Shown: positions 13,501 through 25,741 of the stretch, piece after piece
How the letters are laid out: the number at the start of each line of letters is the position of its first letter
Position numbering within the stretch: the stretch's first letter is position 1
Source: Eledone cirrhosa
Lineage: Eukaryota
NCBI GenBank assembly: GCA_964016885.1
Contig: OZ024741.1
Coordinates: forward strand, 309,690,001-309,754,000
Reading direction: 5' to 3'
DNA: 64,000 nucleotides
The notes under the pieces: model-generated
Told to the model about the DNA's origin: nothing
The model's input: the letters and a program-made list of their open reading frames with translations, nothing else
Database searches by the model: none
Program-made: the position numbers and the translations under genes

Positions 13501-14145
13501 TTTTTTAAAGAAATTTTTCTAAAGTAATGTTCCAAACATCAGTTTAATAATGGTTTCTGATTTAGGCATAGGCCAGCAATTTTTGGGGAGTGGAAAGTCA
13601 TATAAATCGACCTTAGTTCATGAGTGGTACTTTATTTTACCCCCACCCCCCTCCCCTGTAAAGATGAAAGGCAAAATTAACTTTGGTGGTATTTGAACTC
13701 AGAACGTAAAGAGTCGTAACTCTATGCCGTGAAGCAAGTTGTCTAATGCTCTACTGATACTACCAATCCAGCTTAATAATGAAAATGTTAATTATTAAAT
13801 TCCTCCAAATTTTGTATGATTTTCAAGATTAATTGAAACATGGGTAGTGTATTTTATGAGAAATACAGTAACAAAAGCATTAATCTGTGTAATACGAAAT
13901 GAAATGTTTGAATAATTTGTAATTATTCCGGTGAATTCTGATGAATAAATAAAACCTATATTCTCATTGATGTTATTGTTGTCTTCTACCTTGTTATATT
14001 GTGAGTCACTATGGCTCTTGTTTAACACTTAGGCAGGTGTAAAAAGGTGAACGATTAAATAAACGCATTTCAACCATGACCATCGTATTTCATTTTCAGA
14101 CAAAGCATGCATAGTGTGAAAGAGAGATAGGGGAAGATATATATG

Positions 14146-14178
<33 letters not shown>

Positions 14179-14363
14179 CTTTAAATTTAGTGGTTCACCA
14201 CTGGGTGGAATTAGTCATTCTGCAATGTTAACCATGATGTAATGGTAGGAAAACACATGTTATGCAACTTATCCATCTTTGATGTTGAATTCTGCTGGTG
14301 GTTATACTATAAAGTAAAATCACAGGTGGCCAGGCAGTTTGAATTCCCTTATTTATTTATTTC

Positions 14364-14434
14364 TGCAAACACTATGCTCATTTCAGTGGCCAGGTTGCAT
14401 AAGAACTTGGTGACATCTTCAGGTGTATATTGCA
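14364..14434 (-). ncRNA. Minimal type I hammerhead ribozyme (Penelope-type)
   Basis: Minus strand: TGCAA tat ACAC-CTGAAGA-stem II-GAAA-TGAGCA-TA^GTGT TTGCA, then AATAAA; about 200 bp from a (TA)n tract. Confidence 0.75.
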
Positions 14435-14510
14435 TAATAGTTGTATACCAAAGGAATGATGGTAAACACATTCTAAAAGGCTTTAAGGAAAACAGAAGAA
14501 AAAAAAAGTG

Positions 14511-14805
14511 TCATTTCATTTTACGTCCGCTTTTTCCCTGATTGCAAGGGTGGGACGGGAACTGATTCTGGCTCGATTTCTACAGCTGGATGCCCTTCCT
14601 AACACCAAGCTCATTTACAGTGAGTGCTATGTGCTTTTTTGCCGGGGCACCTCCACGACCACTTTGCAGTGGAATGATATGGACCCCAGTCCCTATCACT
14701 CATTTCTACAGCTGAGTAAACTGCAGCAATGTGAAATAAAGTGTTTTGCTCAAGGAAACAACACATCACCCGGTCTGAGAATTGAACTCACCAACTTTCA
14801 ATTGC
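14511..14805 (-). mobile_element. SINE family A, head truncated
   Basis: Matches the middle and tail of 18419-18747. Confidence 0.85.
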
Positions 14806-15645
14806 AAAAAAAAAAAAAAAAAAGTGTGTTTTTGATTTTTACTCAATCATGGTATTTTGGCTTGCCGTCTGGGTAAGGGTAGTACGGTGAAATACTGGTG
14901 TTGGTACCAAATCAAGCAGTCTATGCACAGGCAGAGTGTATATAATAGAGTAAAACAAGGAAGTTTCGGGTCCATAACTCCTATGGGTCACCTTGAGCCA
15001 ATCCTCTGGAAAACATGCATAACAGGTCGATACACAAATATTTTTCATATGTAAACGAAACTTCCTCGTTTTTTCTATTATATGATATATCAATGATGAT
15101 GATATACATACATATGTATGTATGGTATTTTGAATAATATACAACTAGAACACAGCATATATTAGAAAATTCAAGGTAAATTTAATATAGATATTACAGT
15201 TTTTTAATTCTTATATGTATAACTCTTTAAAATTTACAAACACAAACATACACAATGTATTTTCTATATGTCATATTGTTACAAATTTGAAGTTTATTTT
15301 GCAATCAAAAGTTCCTGGGTTCTAATTCTACATTTTACCCTGGAAATAGTTATTTCTCCTAAGTTACTCATACATTTGATCCTGTATCTCATTTGTACTT
15401 ACAAACTGAACATTTATTCAATTACATTCCAGAAATAAACCATTAAAATATTTTCATCTTTAATAAATTCTACGTTAGTAACCAACGTATTAAACTACAG
15501 GCTTTCTCTTATGCAAACCATAAACTTACCAAAACATAAATTTCCGTTTATATGATTGTTCACATAACCAGTAATCCTGTAATTTTTTTATATATGGCAT
15601 ACCAATCTGACTCCAAAAATTAAATACATTCAATGCTATGGCCCT

Positions 15646-16160
15646 CATTCTTCTTTTTCTTCTTGCTTTTGCTCAACGAGGCTGGGATCATCCTAAGCCA
15701 GCGATCCCAAAGCATCATCGTGTGTAGAGCAGAGCCGACCAAGTCCACCAGTGCCATCCATCACTGGCTGTCCCGTGTCAGCTCTTCTGCATCCTCCAAG
15801 GTAATGTCGAGCCTCCAGAGATCTTCCCTGATGATATCCAGCCATCTGGTGCGGAGGCATGTTGTGGCGCCTCTTCCAGCCTGCAGCCGCTGCATCGAAT
15901 TAGAGTAAGGCCTTGGTAGGATGATCTGGTGGAAGGCGAAGGATATATCTGTACCAGCACAAGTGACGGGAAGTTGAGGGCTGATGAGTGCATGCACGCA
16001 ACACTTTGTTGGAAATATGGTGGTGCCATCTGTTGTTTTGATGGTCCTCAGAGCTCTGATATCAAAGCTGTCAATCCTCTTTGTCAGGGTCTTAGTGAGG
16101 GGCCACGTTTCTGCTCCATGCATGGCTATCATTACTAATGGCATTTGTCTACACATTCAA
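15646..16160 (-). mobile_element. RTE-clade LINE 3' fragment from a different family
   Basis: MHGAETWPLTK..KRIDSFDIRALR...RWLDIIREDL with frameshifts; AAG-rich 3' tail. Confidence 0.8.
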
Positions 16161-18418
16161 AACTAGCGCCATCATTATTGACGGCACAGGTCTACTAACA
16201 ACAATAATAAAAACTCAATTTGAATGTTTTTCATTTTTTTTTCTTGTTTTATTTGGTGTCCATCGAAATAAGAAAATTCATTCATACAAAGTTTGTAGGA
16301 TATTTTTGTTTCTTTTTACTTTGTAATAAAAAAAATATTTAAATAATAATAACAATAGAGGGGGGGGGGGGATAATTAAAAAGAAACTACACATAAATTG
16401 TTTCTTTGAAAATATTTAGAACATTTGAAAAATGTATACATGTATGATTACAAAGAATAAAGATTTAAAACAAACTTTACAGTCCATTGACAGAAAAAAT
16501 GTTTGGGTTTTTAAAAAAAAAAAAAAAAAAAAAAGGAAATATCTTTGGCTCAAGAAAACTGGTTCTTGGCTCCACTTCCATGACATTAAGTAGAAGATTA
16601 GCATTCCTCTGGATATCATGTCAATCTACTCCATGTCACATTCCCAGAAAATCAGATAGCTATTCCCTCCAGTTCGGTGAACCAGGTGTACCTTTTCCCC
16701 ACCAACTAGATGAACACATAAACAACATAGATTTCAATGTTCTGCCCAAAGATACAACAAAATGTTTGCAGTGGATTTTACTCACAACCTATGAGTTTCT
16801 AGTACAACTATACCATACCATTCCATACCCACTTAAATATTTCATTGCAATAGAAAAGATAATCTTTCTTGAAAATCAAATTCCTAGAATAGTACTATGA
16901 AAAGGAAAGATGAGTAAAATTAAAAAAATTTTTTAAATCTCCCTGCAACTTCCACATTTATTTAATATTATCATTTTCTTTTTCATAGATTTCACAATGT
17001 TTTTATTGTGTATTTTCAGGCACAAAGACCGGGAAAGGGACAGAAAAAGGAAGTTATACTGTTCATAACTCTCCCAAGGACATTATCAGCTTAAATGAAG
17101 TAAATTTACTTTAACCGGGATCGAAACTGGGTTGTAGGATTGGTTAGTGGAAGATTGAGTCTTGCTTATTGTGCTCACATATTATTATTATTATTATAAT
17201 AATAAAGAAATCATTATCATTAATATTACATATTTCTTTTTGAAATATTTCAAAAAATTATGAAAATATTTCAAAAATAAACTATCAGACAAAAAAAAAA
17301 TATGGTTTTTAATTTGGGCACAAAACCAACAAATTGCATTTTAGTGGGTGAGGTCAATTATATCAACCCCAGTACTTGACTAGTATTTTGTTTCATTGCC
17401 CTTAGAAGGATGGAAGATGAAATTGACCTTGGCGGGAATTGAACTCAGAACAAAGTGCTGAAACAAATACTGCTAAGCATTTGTCCAAATGAAATAACTA
17501 AAAAACTTGGTCCTTTTCAATTCATTTTCAAACAAACAATATAAAAATAATTGTTTCTACGTTAGGCACAAGGCCAGCAATTACCCAGTGCATTACTGGT
17601 ACTTTATTTTATCGACCCCGTAAGGATGAAAGGCAAAGTTAACCTCGGCGGGATTTGAACTCAGATCGTAAAGGGACGTAACTATGCTGGAAAGCATGGC
17701 GTCCAACCCTCTACCGATACTGCCAATCCACCGCCCTTAAACAATATAAAAATAATAAGATTCAAAAATAAACAAATAAAAATAGATCAAACTTTTTTTT
17801 TTTATACATGGGACTTATACTATATAACTGACTAAAATCGGGCAAATAAGTGATAGTCTACATCAGCAATTAGTGAGTATAAACAGCTCAAGCCAATGAA
17901 GGCTACAGTTAGAAATGCTAGAATATTAACCTGGAATACTGATATTCAACTCAAATACAGAAGTATAAAAAAAAATTGCAAATTATACTCGTGAGGTTTT
18001 TTTAATTAAATGCTGTAAAGTCTTGGATTATTTCTACCAACTCACTATCCTTAATCCCTTTTGGACTGTTTCTAATGATATACACTTTGTTTCAAATAAT
18101 GAAGAATTTTGAAGGATTTACTAAAACCATTAGTTATTTCATTTCTAAGATAGTAACCTAACATGATTCTTATACAAAATCCTTTCAAAAAATTTTAATT
18201 TAAATAGGAACCCTTTAAAATGAGTACTTTTGTTTCATAGTACCAGAACCAGTTTTGGCTGAGTTGGTTTCAAAAGGGTTAAAAAGTAAACTATTATAAA
18301 CATTTTTTTTTTCCACTATATTTTTTTCTTTTTATGAAGTTCAAATATCTGTAAAAATGTTTTTATAGTTATATGTAGTGAGTTAGCGGGTAGGTAGTTA
18401 TATTTTCAGGACATAGAT

Positions 18419-18747
18419 GGAGGCACATGGCTTAGTGGTTAGAGCATTGGCCTTGCAATCGAAAGGTTGTGAGTTCAATTCTCAGACCGGGTGATGTGTT
18501 GTTTCCTTGAGCAAGACACTTTATTTCACATTGCTCCAGTTCACTCAGTTATAGAAATGAGATGATAGGACTGCAGTCCATATCATTCCACTGTAGTGGT
18601 CGTGGAGGTGCCACGGCAAAAAGCACCCAGCACTCACTGTAAATGAGGTTGGTGTTAGGAAGGGCATCCAGCTGTAGAAATCAAGCCAGAATCAGTTCCC
18701 GTCCCACCCTTGCAAGCAGGGAAAAGCGGACGTAAAATGACGATGAT
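18419..18747 (+). mobile_element. SINE family A, full-length (tRNA head, CORE-like domain, RTE tail)
   Basis: A box TGGCTTAGTGG, B box GAGTTCAATTC, middle CCTTGAGCAAGACACTTTATTTCAC (MIR-core-like), tail nearly identical to the RTE end at 62852-62903. Confidence 0.9.
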
Positions 18748-21700
18748 AGTTTATCCCTCATTGCTGTTACTGTTCACTCTTAGAAAATTATACAAAAAAA
18801 ATTCTGCAGCTTATTTAGATGAGAATGGTCAAACTATAGCAGATGGTATATGTGATTTGATATTTGATCAACCAGTTCAGAACTCTTGCTACATTGGTTT
18901 AAAATGTTGATATTTCAATAATCAAATGTCCAGGTGAGTATCTAATACCCCTTATAATTAAGAAACAAAAACAAGATATATTATTGCAAAGGTGATTAGC
19001 AGCCATTGAAAACAACCAGTTATTGACAAGAATGTAAAAAAAAAAAAAAAAAAATAACAGGTTTATTCTACCTGAATAAGACCCATAGCTCAAGAGGCAA
19101 CTGATTGAATCTTTGAGAGATCATTCAGGATATATAAATATTTCATATCTGGAATGTTAATAAAGGTTAACTTCTCTCTTGATAATTGTTCTCATTTTAA
19201 TAATTTCTTCATTGCATGGAGGGGGTGAATGTTGTCTTAAATTTGATTACTAAAAAAATGTTTTCCCCATGTTTGTTTGTTGATAATAAAGACTGGGTGG
19301 AGATTTAGCTATTACATTCAGCAAGTTGAGTGCCTACATAGAAGTTTTCTACTAACCTATATAAAATAACACGTGGTGTTGTGATGTGTGAGAAGATAGA
19401 TAACTCTTCAAAATTCCCTTTTCATCCGAAAGCATTACATTTTTCCTCCAATTCCTGACACATTGGAATATTTCACTTTATACAGTTTAGTTTATTGAAT
19501 TGAAAACCATACTGTTACAAGAAAATCTGACTGTGTCGGCAACTGTAAAGTTACTCTCTCTACACTGTCAACATTTCTCACAGTGCAACAGATCCTAGCC
19601 ACTATTTTGCCAAATTCAAATTTAATTGACTAAATAATTTACATCAATTCTAAAGATATCCATATGAAATAGCCCAACCCTTTCATTTTGGTCCCAGATT
19701 TAATTGCTACTATGATCCAATTTAAAAATACTTTCAATAATTTGTAATCCATAGCTAACTCATTCTTTCATAATCGAGTGTGTCCTTACACTAACATATC
19801 TTATTTATGTTTTTGGTCCCATGACTATCCCTGCCAATATTCTTGTCATAAATACAACTGGTTAACCTTGTTCAAGCCATCAAATCCTTGTTCAGTTAAC
19901 AAACCCTCCATATGTTTTCATTCATACCTATCTATATTAATGACTATGTAAGTATGGACTTATAATTCAGGATGAGTTTGTAATAGCATGTCTTCAGCAT
20001 TTAAAACTTGGTGGAAGCCATCCCCTCCCCAGGTCTGGACACAGCCAATTTCTTCTAGAGAAGGAGCGAGAGAGAGGAAGTGAGAAAAACAATCTACCTC
20101 AGTACTGAACTGGTATTTTTTTTTATGGACCTCAAAAGCATAAAAGGCAAAGTTAACCTCAAGAGGTTTTGAACTCAGAGAGCAAAGAGCCGGAATGAGT
20201 ACCACAAAGCATTCTAGCCAACGTTCTAAAGATTCTGCCTAGTAGCCACCTTATTAATGACTATATATGTCCCTATATTAAAAATATATCAAACTTTTGG
20301 TCCCAGATTAGGTGCTGGCAAGATTCTTTTGAATACTTATGCTTACTCACCTACTCTCAGGTCCCAAATAATAGGGGATGGGTTGGAAAATTGACCATTT
20401 TTTAGGTTGTCTTCTTTGAGTTAAAAAAAAAAAAACATAATTAGTCGTTTAGTTTACATATTGAGACCCCCAACCCATCCTATTTATTTTATAACGTACG
20501 AGGTTTCTTGTAATGTTCTTTTTTTGTCATGTATAATGTTTTTTAATGTCTAAAGAAAATTAATTGTCACAGGAATGCTTCCACTTAAAGTAAAATTTCA
20601 CCAGTTATATTAGCAAAATTTAATAAGCTGGGGTGGGATTAAGAACAAGGGGGCTTGCATACACATATACGTACACATATACATACATATATACGTACAT
20701 ATATATATATATTATTTGTTCATAACAACACTGCCAATCCATTGTCCTAACTAATAATAATAACTTCTTACGCAAGCACAAGGCCACAAATTTGGGAGCA
20801 GGCGGTTAGTTGATTAAAGCAACCCCAGTACTTGACTAGTACTTTATTTTATTAATCCTGGAAGGATGAAAGACAAAGTCAATCTCAACAGGATTTGAAC
20901 TCAGAACATAAAGAGTTGTAAACAAAACACTGCAAAGCATTAATTCTGAAATAGAGAAATGGTTATGATATTTAAATTTACAAAGAAAATAATAAAGTCA
21001 AGAATATATATATGTTTTAGATTCAATATATCATGAACATCATCACTGCTCCTCCCACCTCAGTATCGTTTTTCTCTATTCTGGCATGAGCTGCTTCGAC
21101 CTAAAAGATCTAAAATAGTATACTCTGTTGTTATGTATCTCTATTTAGCCCTATGTGGTGTGAGCTTCTGGTTAATATCCTTCAAACTGGTAATCCTCTG
21201 ACAAAATAAGCCTAGTGTGTGTCTGTGTTTGTTTTTCTGCTGCAACACCAACAACAGAGTCTTCTCCACTTTTTTACTCACTCCTAGAAAGTCACTAAAA
21301 TGTAAGAGGTTACTGAGAAGGGAAAAAGACAAGACAGAGAGAACATGATTTTCAAGGAGAGAGAAGATGACAATTAATGTTGCTTTTGAATTTTTCAAAA
21401 TTTTAGTAGTTAGGAAAGCAAGAAGCCAGAAGAGAATTCCATAGGTGAGATGTGAAAGAGAAGAAACTATCAGAATATAATTTGTGATTGTATTTAGTTT
21501 AAATTAATGAAAATGTTACCAGCACTATATCGTGTATTGACTGGACCTCTGTCAGTTTTGACGATGAGCGTTCCAGTTGTTCACTCAATGGAACAGTGCT
21601 CATGAAATTGAGATATAAGTGGCTGAGCATTCAACAGACATATGCACCCTTTAAAAAATTCTCAGTGGAATTCCATATGACAGTGTGTGACAAAGGTAGC

Positions 21701-22214
21701 CCTTTGAACAGCAAATACAGTCCATCTGATGGACTTCCAAACAGTTTCCATCTACCAAATTTCACTCACAAAGCAGGGATCAACCTGAGGCTATGGTAAA
21801 AAACATTTTGTCCAAGATGTTACACAAAGAGATTGAAGCCAAGACCTAATGGTTATGAAGCAAAAGTTTTAATCATTCAGCCATGCTGCATCCATATATA
21901 CTGCATATGTTTAAATACAAAGCAATGCCAAATAAAAGCCTTCCCCCTTTATGCCTATTGTTGACTGTTACTGTAAATGTGTATAAATAAACCACAAATT
22001 TTAAAACAATAATCATTATGAGGAATATTGTGTCCTGAGTGAGGAACAATGAAAAAAACTTTCTCATATATTTGAACATATATATATACATACATACAAA
22101 GATATCATCATCATCATCATTTTACGTCCGCTTTTCCCTGCTTGCAAGGGTGGGACGGGAACTGATTCTGGCTTAATTTCTACAGCTGGATGCCCTTCCT
22201 AACACCAACCTCAG

Positions 22215-22250
<36 letters not shown>

Positions 22251-22419
22251 TATATATATATACACATATATATATATATACATACATATACATGTCTATC
22301 TATATATATATGTGTACATACATATACACATGTGTGTATATATATATATATACATATACACATGTGTATATATATATATATATACATACATATACACATG
22401 TATATATATATACACAGAT

Positions 22420-22885
22420 AAATCTACCACTCAATGGTAGGGTCTAAACCATATAAAGAACTCAATGTAATCCGTATGTAGATGTTGTGAAGCAAAGTTT
22501 AAAATACAAAAATGTTATCAACGATATAATACAATTGGATACAGAGTCAAAATAGAAATATTAAAACACTGAAATTAAACACAAAACTGTTAATTCATAG
22601 TAAAACTCATTATTTTACGATCATTTCTGGGGGGTAGTTCCCTGTATGTTCATTCAAATTATTGATCTATGTAAAACATATTACAAAATATCATAGTAAG
22701 AAAAAGATACATACGTCTCCACTACCCGCCGTCTTCAGAAATATTCTTACTATGATATTTTGTAATATGTTTTACATAGATCAATAATTTGAATGAACAT
22801 ACAGGGAACTACCCCCCAGAAACGATCGTAAAATAATGAGTTTTACTATGAATTAACAGTTTTGTGTTTAATTTCATTGTTTTAA

Positions 22886-22890
<5 letters not shown>
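22420..22890 (-). mobile_element. Penelope-like pLTR fragment with inverted duplication, inserted in (TA)n
   Basis: 147-bp inverted arms 22556-22702/22744-22890, contains an HHR, and has (TA)n on both sides; related to 24617-24880. Confidence 0.7.
22611..22743 (-). ncRNA. Type I hammerhead ribozyme with long stem II
   Basis: TATTT-CTGAAGA-c GGCGGGTAGT...ACTACCCCCC a-GAAA-TGATCG-TA^AAATA; the inverted copy shows palindromic CGATCG in stem III. Confidence 0.8.
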
Positions 22891-22943
<53 letters not shown>

Positions 22944-22973
22944 CATATACACATGTATATATACATATACACA

Positions 22974-23013
<40 letters not shown>

Positions 23014-23029
23014 CATATACACATGTATG

Positions 23030-23061
<32 letters not shown>

Positions 23062-23077
23062 CATATACACATGTATG

Positions 23078-23109
<32 letters not shown>

Positions 23110-23163
23110 CATATACACATGTATATATATATATACATATATATATATATACATATACACATG

Positions 23164-23195
<32 letters not shown>

Positions 23196-23249
23196 CATAT
23201 ACACATGTATATATATATACATATATATATATATATACATATACACATG

Positions 23250-23281
<32 letters not shown>

Positions 23282-23293
23282 CATATACACATG

Positions 23294-23325
<32 letters not shown>

Positions 23326-23365
23326 CATATACACATGTATATATATATATATACATATACACATG

Positions 23366-23397
<32 letters not shown>

Positions 23398-23409
23398 CAT
23401 ATACACATG

Positions 23410-23441
<32 letters not shown>

Positions 23442-23453
23442 CATATACACATG

Positions 23454-23485
<32 letters not shown>

Positions 23486-23497
23486 CATATACACATG

Positions 23498-23534
<37 letters not shown>

Positions 23535-23790
23535 GTATATATATATACATATATATATATATATACATATACACATGTATATATATATACATATATATAT
23601 ATATATACATATACACATGTATATATATATACATATATATATATATACATATACACATGTATATATATATACATATATATATATATACATATACACATGT
23701 ATATATATATACATATACACATGTATATATATATACATACATACATATGTATATATATATATACATACATATACACATATATATATATAG
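22890..23790. repeat. Compound minisatellite of ACATATACACATGT plus variable (AT)n
   Basis: Seen directly. Confidence 0.95.
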
Positions 23791-24084
23791 AGATGAGATT
23801 CTACAGGACTAAAACTTTTATACTCTGCAATGTATTGAGTACCTTACTGTGGTTACCTCCGATTCAACCCGGAATAACGTACATATATATATATATGTAT
23901 ATACATATACACATATGTATATATATATATATATATGTGTGTATATATATATATGTATATATATATACATACATATACACGTGTATATATATATACATAT
24001 ATACATACATATACACATATGTATATATATATATAACCGTCTAACCCATGCTAGCGTGGAAGATAGACGTTAAATGATGATGAT

Positions 24085-24147
24085 ATATATATATATGTAC
24101 ATACATATACATATCTATATATATATATGTACATATACATACATATC

Positions 24148-24179
<32 letters not shown>

Positions 24180-24377
24180 TATACATACATATCTATATAT
24201 ATATATATGTACATATACATACATATCTATATATATATGTACATATACATACATATCTATATATATATATATGTACATATACATACATATCTATATATAT
24301 ATATATATGTACATATACATACATATCTATATATCTATATATATATATATATATATATATGTACATATACATACATA

Positions 24378-24412
<35 letters not shown>

Positions 24413-24615
24413 GTACATATACATACATATCTCTCTCTATATATATATATATACATATCTATATATATATGTACATATACATACATATCTATATATATAC
24501 ATATCTATATATATATGTACATATACATACATATCTATATATATACATATCTATATATATACATATATATATATACACACACATACATATCTATCTATAT
24601 ATATATATATATACA
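24085..24615. repeat. Compound minisatellite of GTACATATACATACATATCT plus (AT)n
   Basis: Seen directly. Confidence 0.95.
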
Positions 24616-24616
24616 C

Positions 24617-24876
24617 AGAGGTATCCACTGTAAGTTGTGGGGTCTAGTCTGTATGAAGAACTCAGTGTAATCCATATGTTGAAAATGTTGTAGGTTAAGA
24701 TAAATCTCAGAAAACAATAAAACATTAAAAGGAAAACAGAGTCATGATATAAGTTAAAACAATGAAATAAAAAATCAAGTCATTAGAGATATACTTCACT
24801 GCTTTATGATCATTTCTAGATGGTGAAAGCAGTGAAGTATATCTCTAATGACTTGATTTTTTATTTCATTGTTTTA

Positions 24877-24880
<4 letters not shown>
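24617..24880 (-). mobile_element. Penelope-like pLTR fragment with 55-bp foldback and 3' half of an HHR
   Basis: Arms 24751-24805/24826-24880; minus strand GAAA-TGATCA-TA; shares GGTCTA..AAGAACTCA.TGTAATCC.TATGT with the 22420 element. Confidence 0.65.
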
Positions 24881-24952
<72 letters not shown>

Positions 24953-25039
24953 AGTTTCCGTTGGAAACAGAAAAAGTCATAGGAGTGAAGAGTGCTCTAT
25001 GTAAGTACCAGAGCGAAATTTAATGTATAAAAAAACAAT

Positions 25040-25080
<41 letters not shown>

Positions 25081-25082
<2 letters not shown>

Positions 25083-25266
25083 CGAAGGAAATGTGGTAAG
25101 GAACCAGGTGGACCATAACGCACCAAAGTACTCAATACTTGGGGTAGTAGAGTGGGTAATAGGAACCAGTAAGACCCCGACAGCTGAGCTCAAGCCGTTT
25201 CGACGGCTAATTCTCAGAATTAGCCGTCGAAACAGCTTGAGCTCAGCTGTCGGGGTCTTACTGGTT

Positions 25267-25271
<5 letters not shown>
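25081..25271. mobile_element. Penelope-like fragment ending in a near-perfect palindrome, each arm with a 3' half-HHR
   Basis: 56-bp arms 25159-25214/25216-25271 with one mismatch; GAAA-CAGC..GCTG-TC; flanked by (TA)n. Confidence 0.65.
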
Positions 25272-25305
<34 letters not shown>

Positions 25306-25339
25306 CAGAATAATCAAAACTATGTTCTAAACATTTTAT

Positions 25340-25386
25340 TGCTGACAATCGTTTCTTCCAAACTTTCGTTTGGAATCATCGGAGCA
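25340..25386 (-). ncRNA. Minimal type I hammerhead, U4C core variant
   Basis: TGCT-CCGATGA-TTCCAAAC(GAAA)GTTTGGAA-GAAA-CGATTG-TC^AGCA, overlapping AATAAA. Confidence 0.7.
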
Positions 25387-25710
25387 CTAGCAAAGTTTAG
25401 ACATATAATTAACCTCCTATTCCACAGAACAATTGTAAAGATACGTAGTTTTGATTATTCTGTAATTTATATTCCGGCTCTGTAAAACATCTCACGTATT
25501 TACATTGAGGTATTTTTCTTACTGGTAATAAGATAGTCATGAATTACTGACCTTTCCTGTTTATAATTATATATAGTGTATATATAAGTATAAATAATAT
25601 TATTATTATATATATATATATACATACATACATATTCACATATGTATATATATATATAAATAAATATATGATCATATATATATATATATATATGTACATA
25701 CATATACATG

Positions 25711-25741
<31 letters not shown>

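Noticed and set aside
18419-18491. tRNA-like gene with a GCA anticodon-like loop
   Set aside because: No acceptor stem; it continues into a multi-copy SINE body.
22809-24670. ~300-aa ORFs in multiple frames
   Set aside because: AT minisatellite artefacts.
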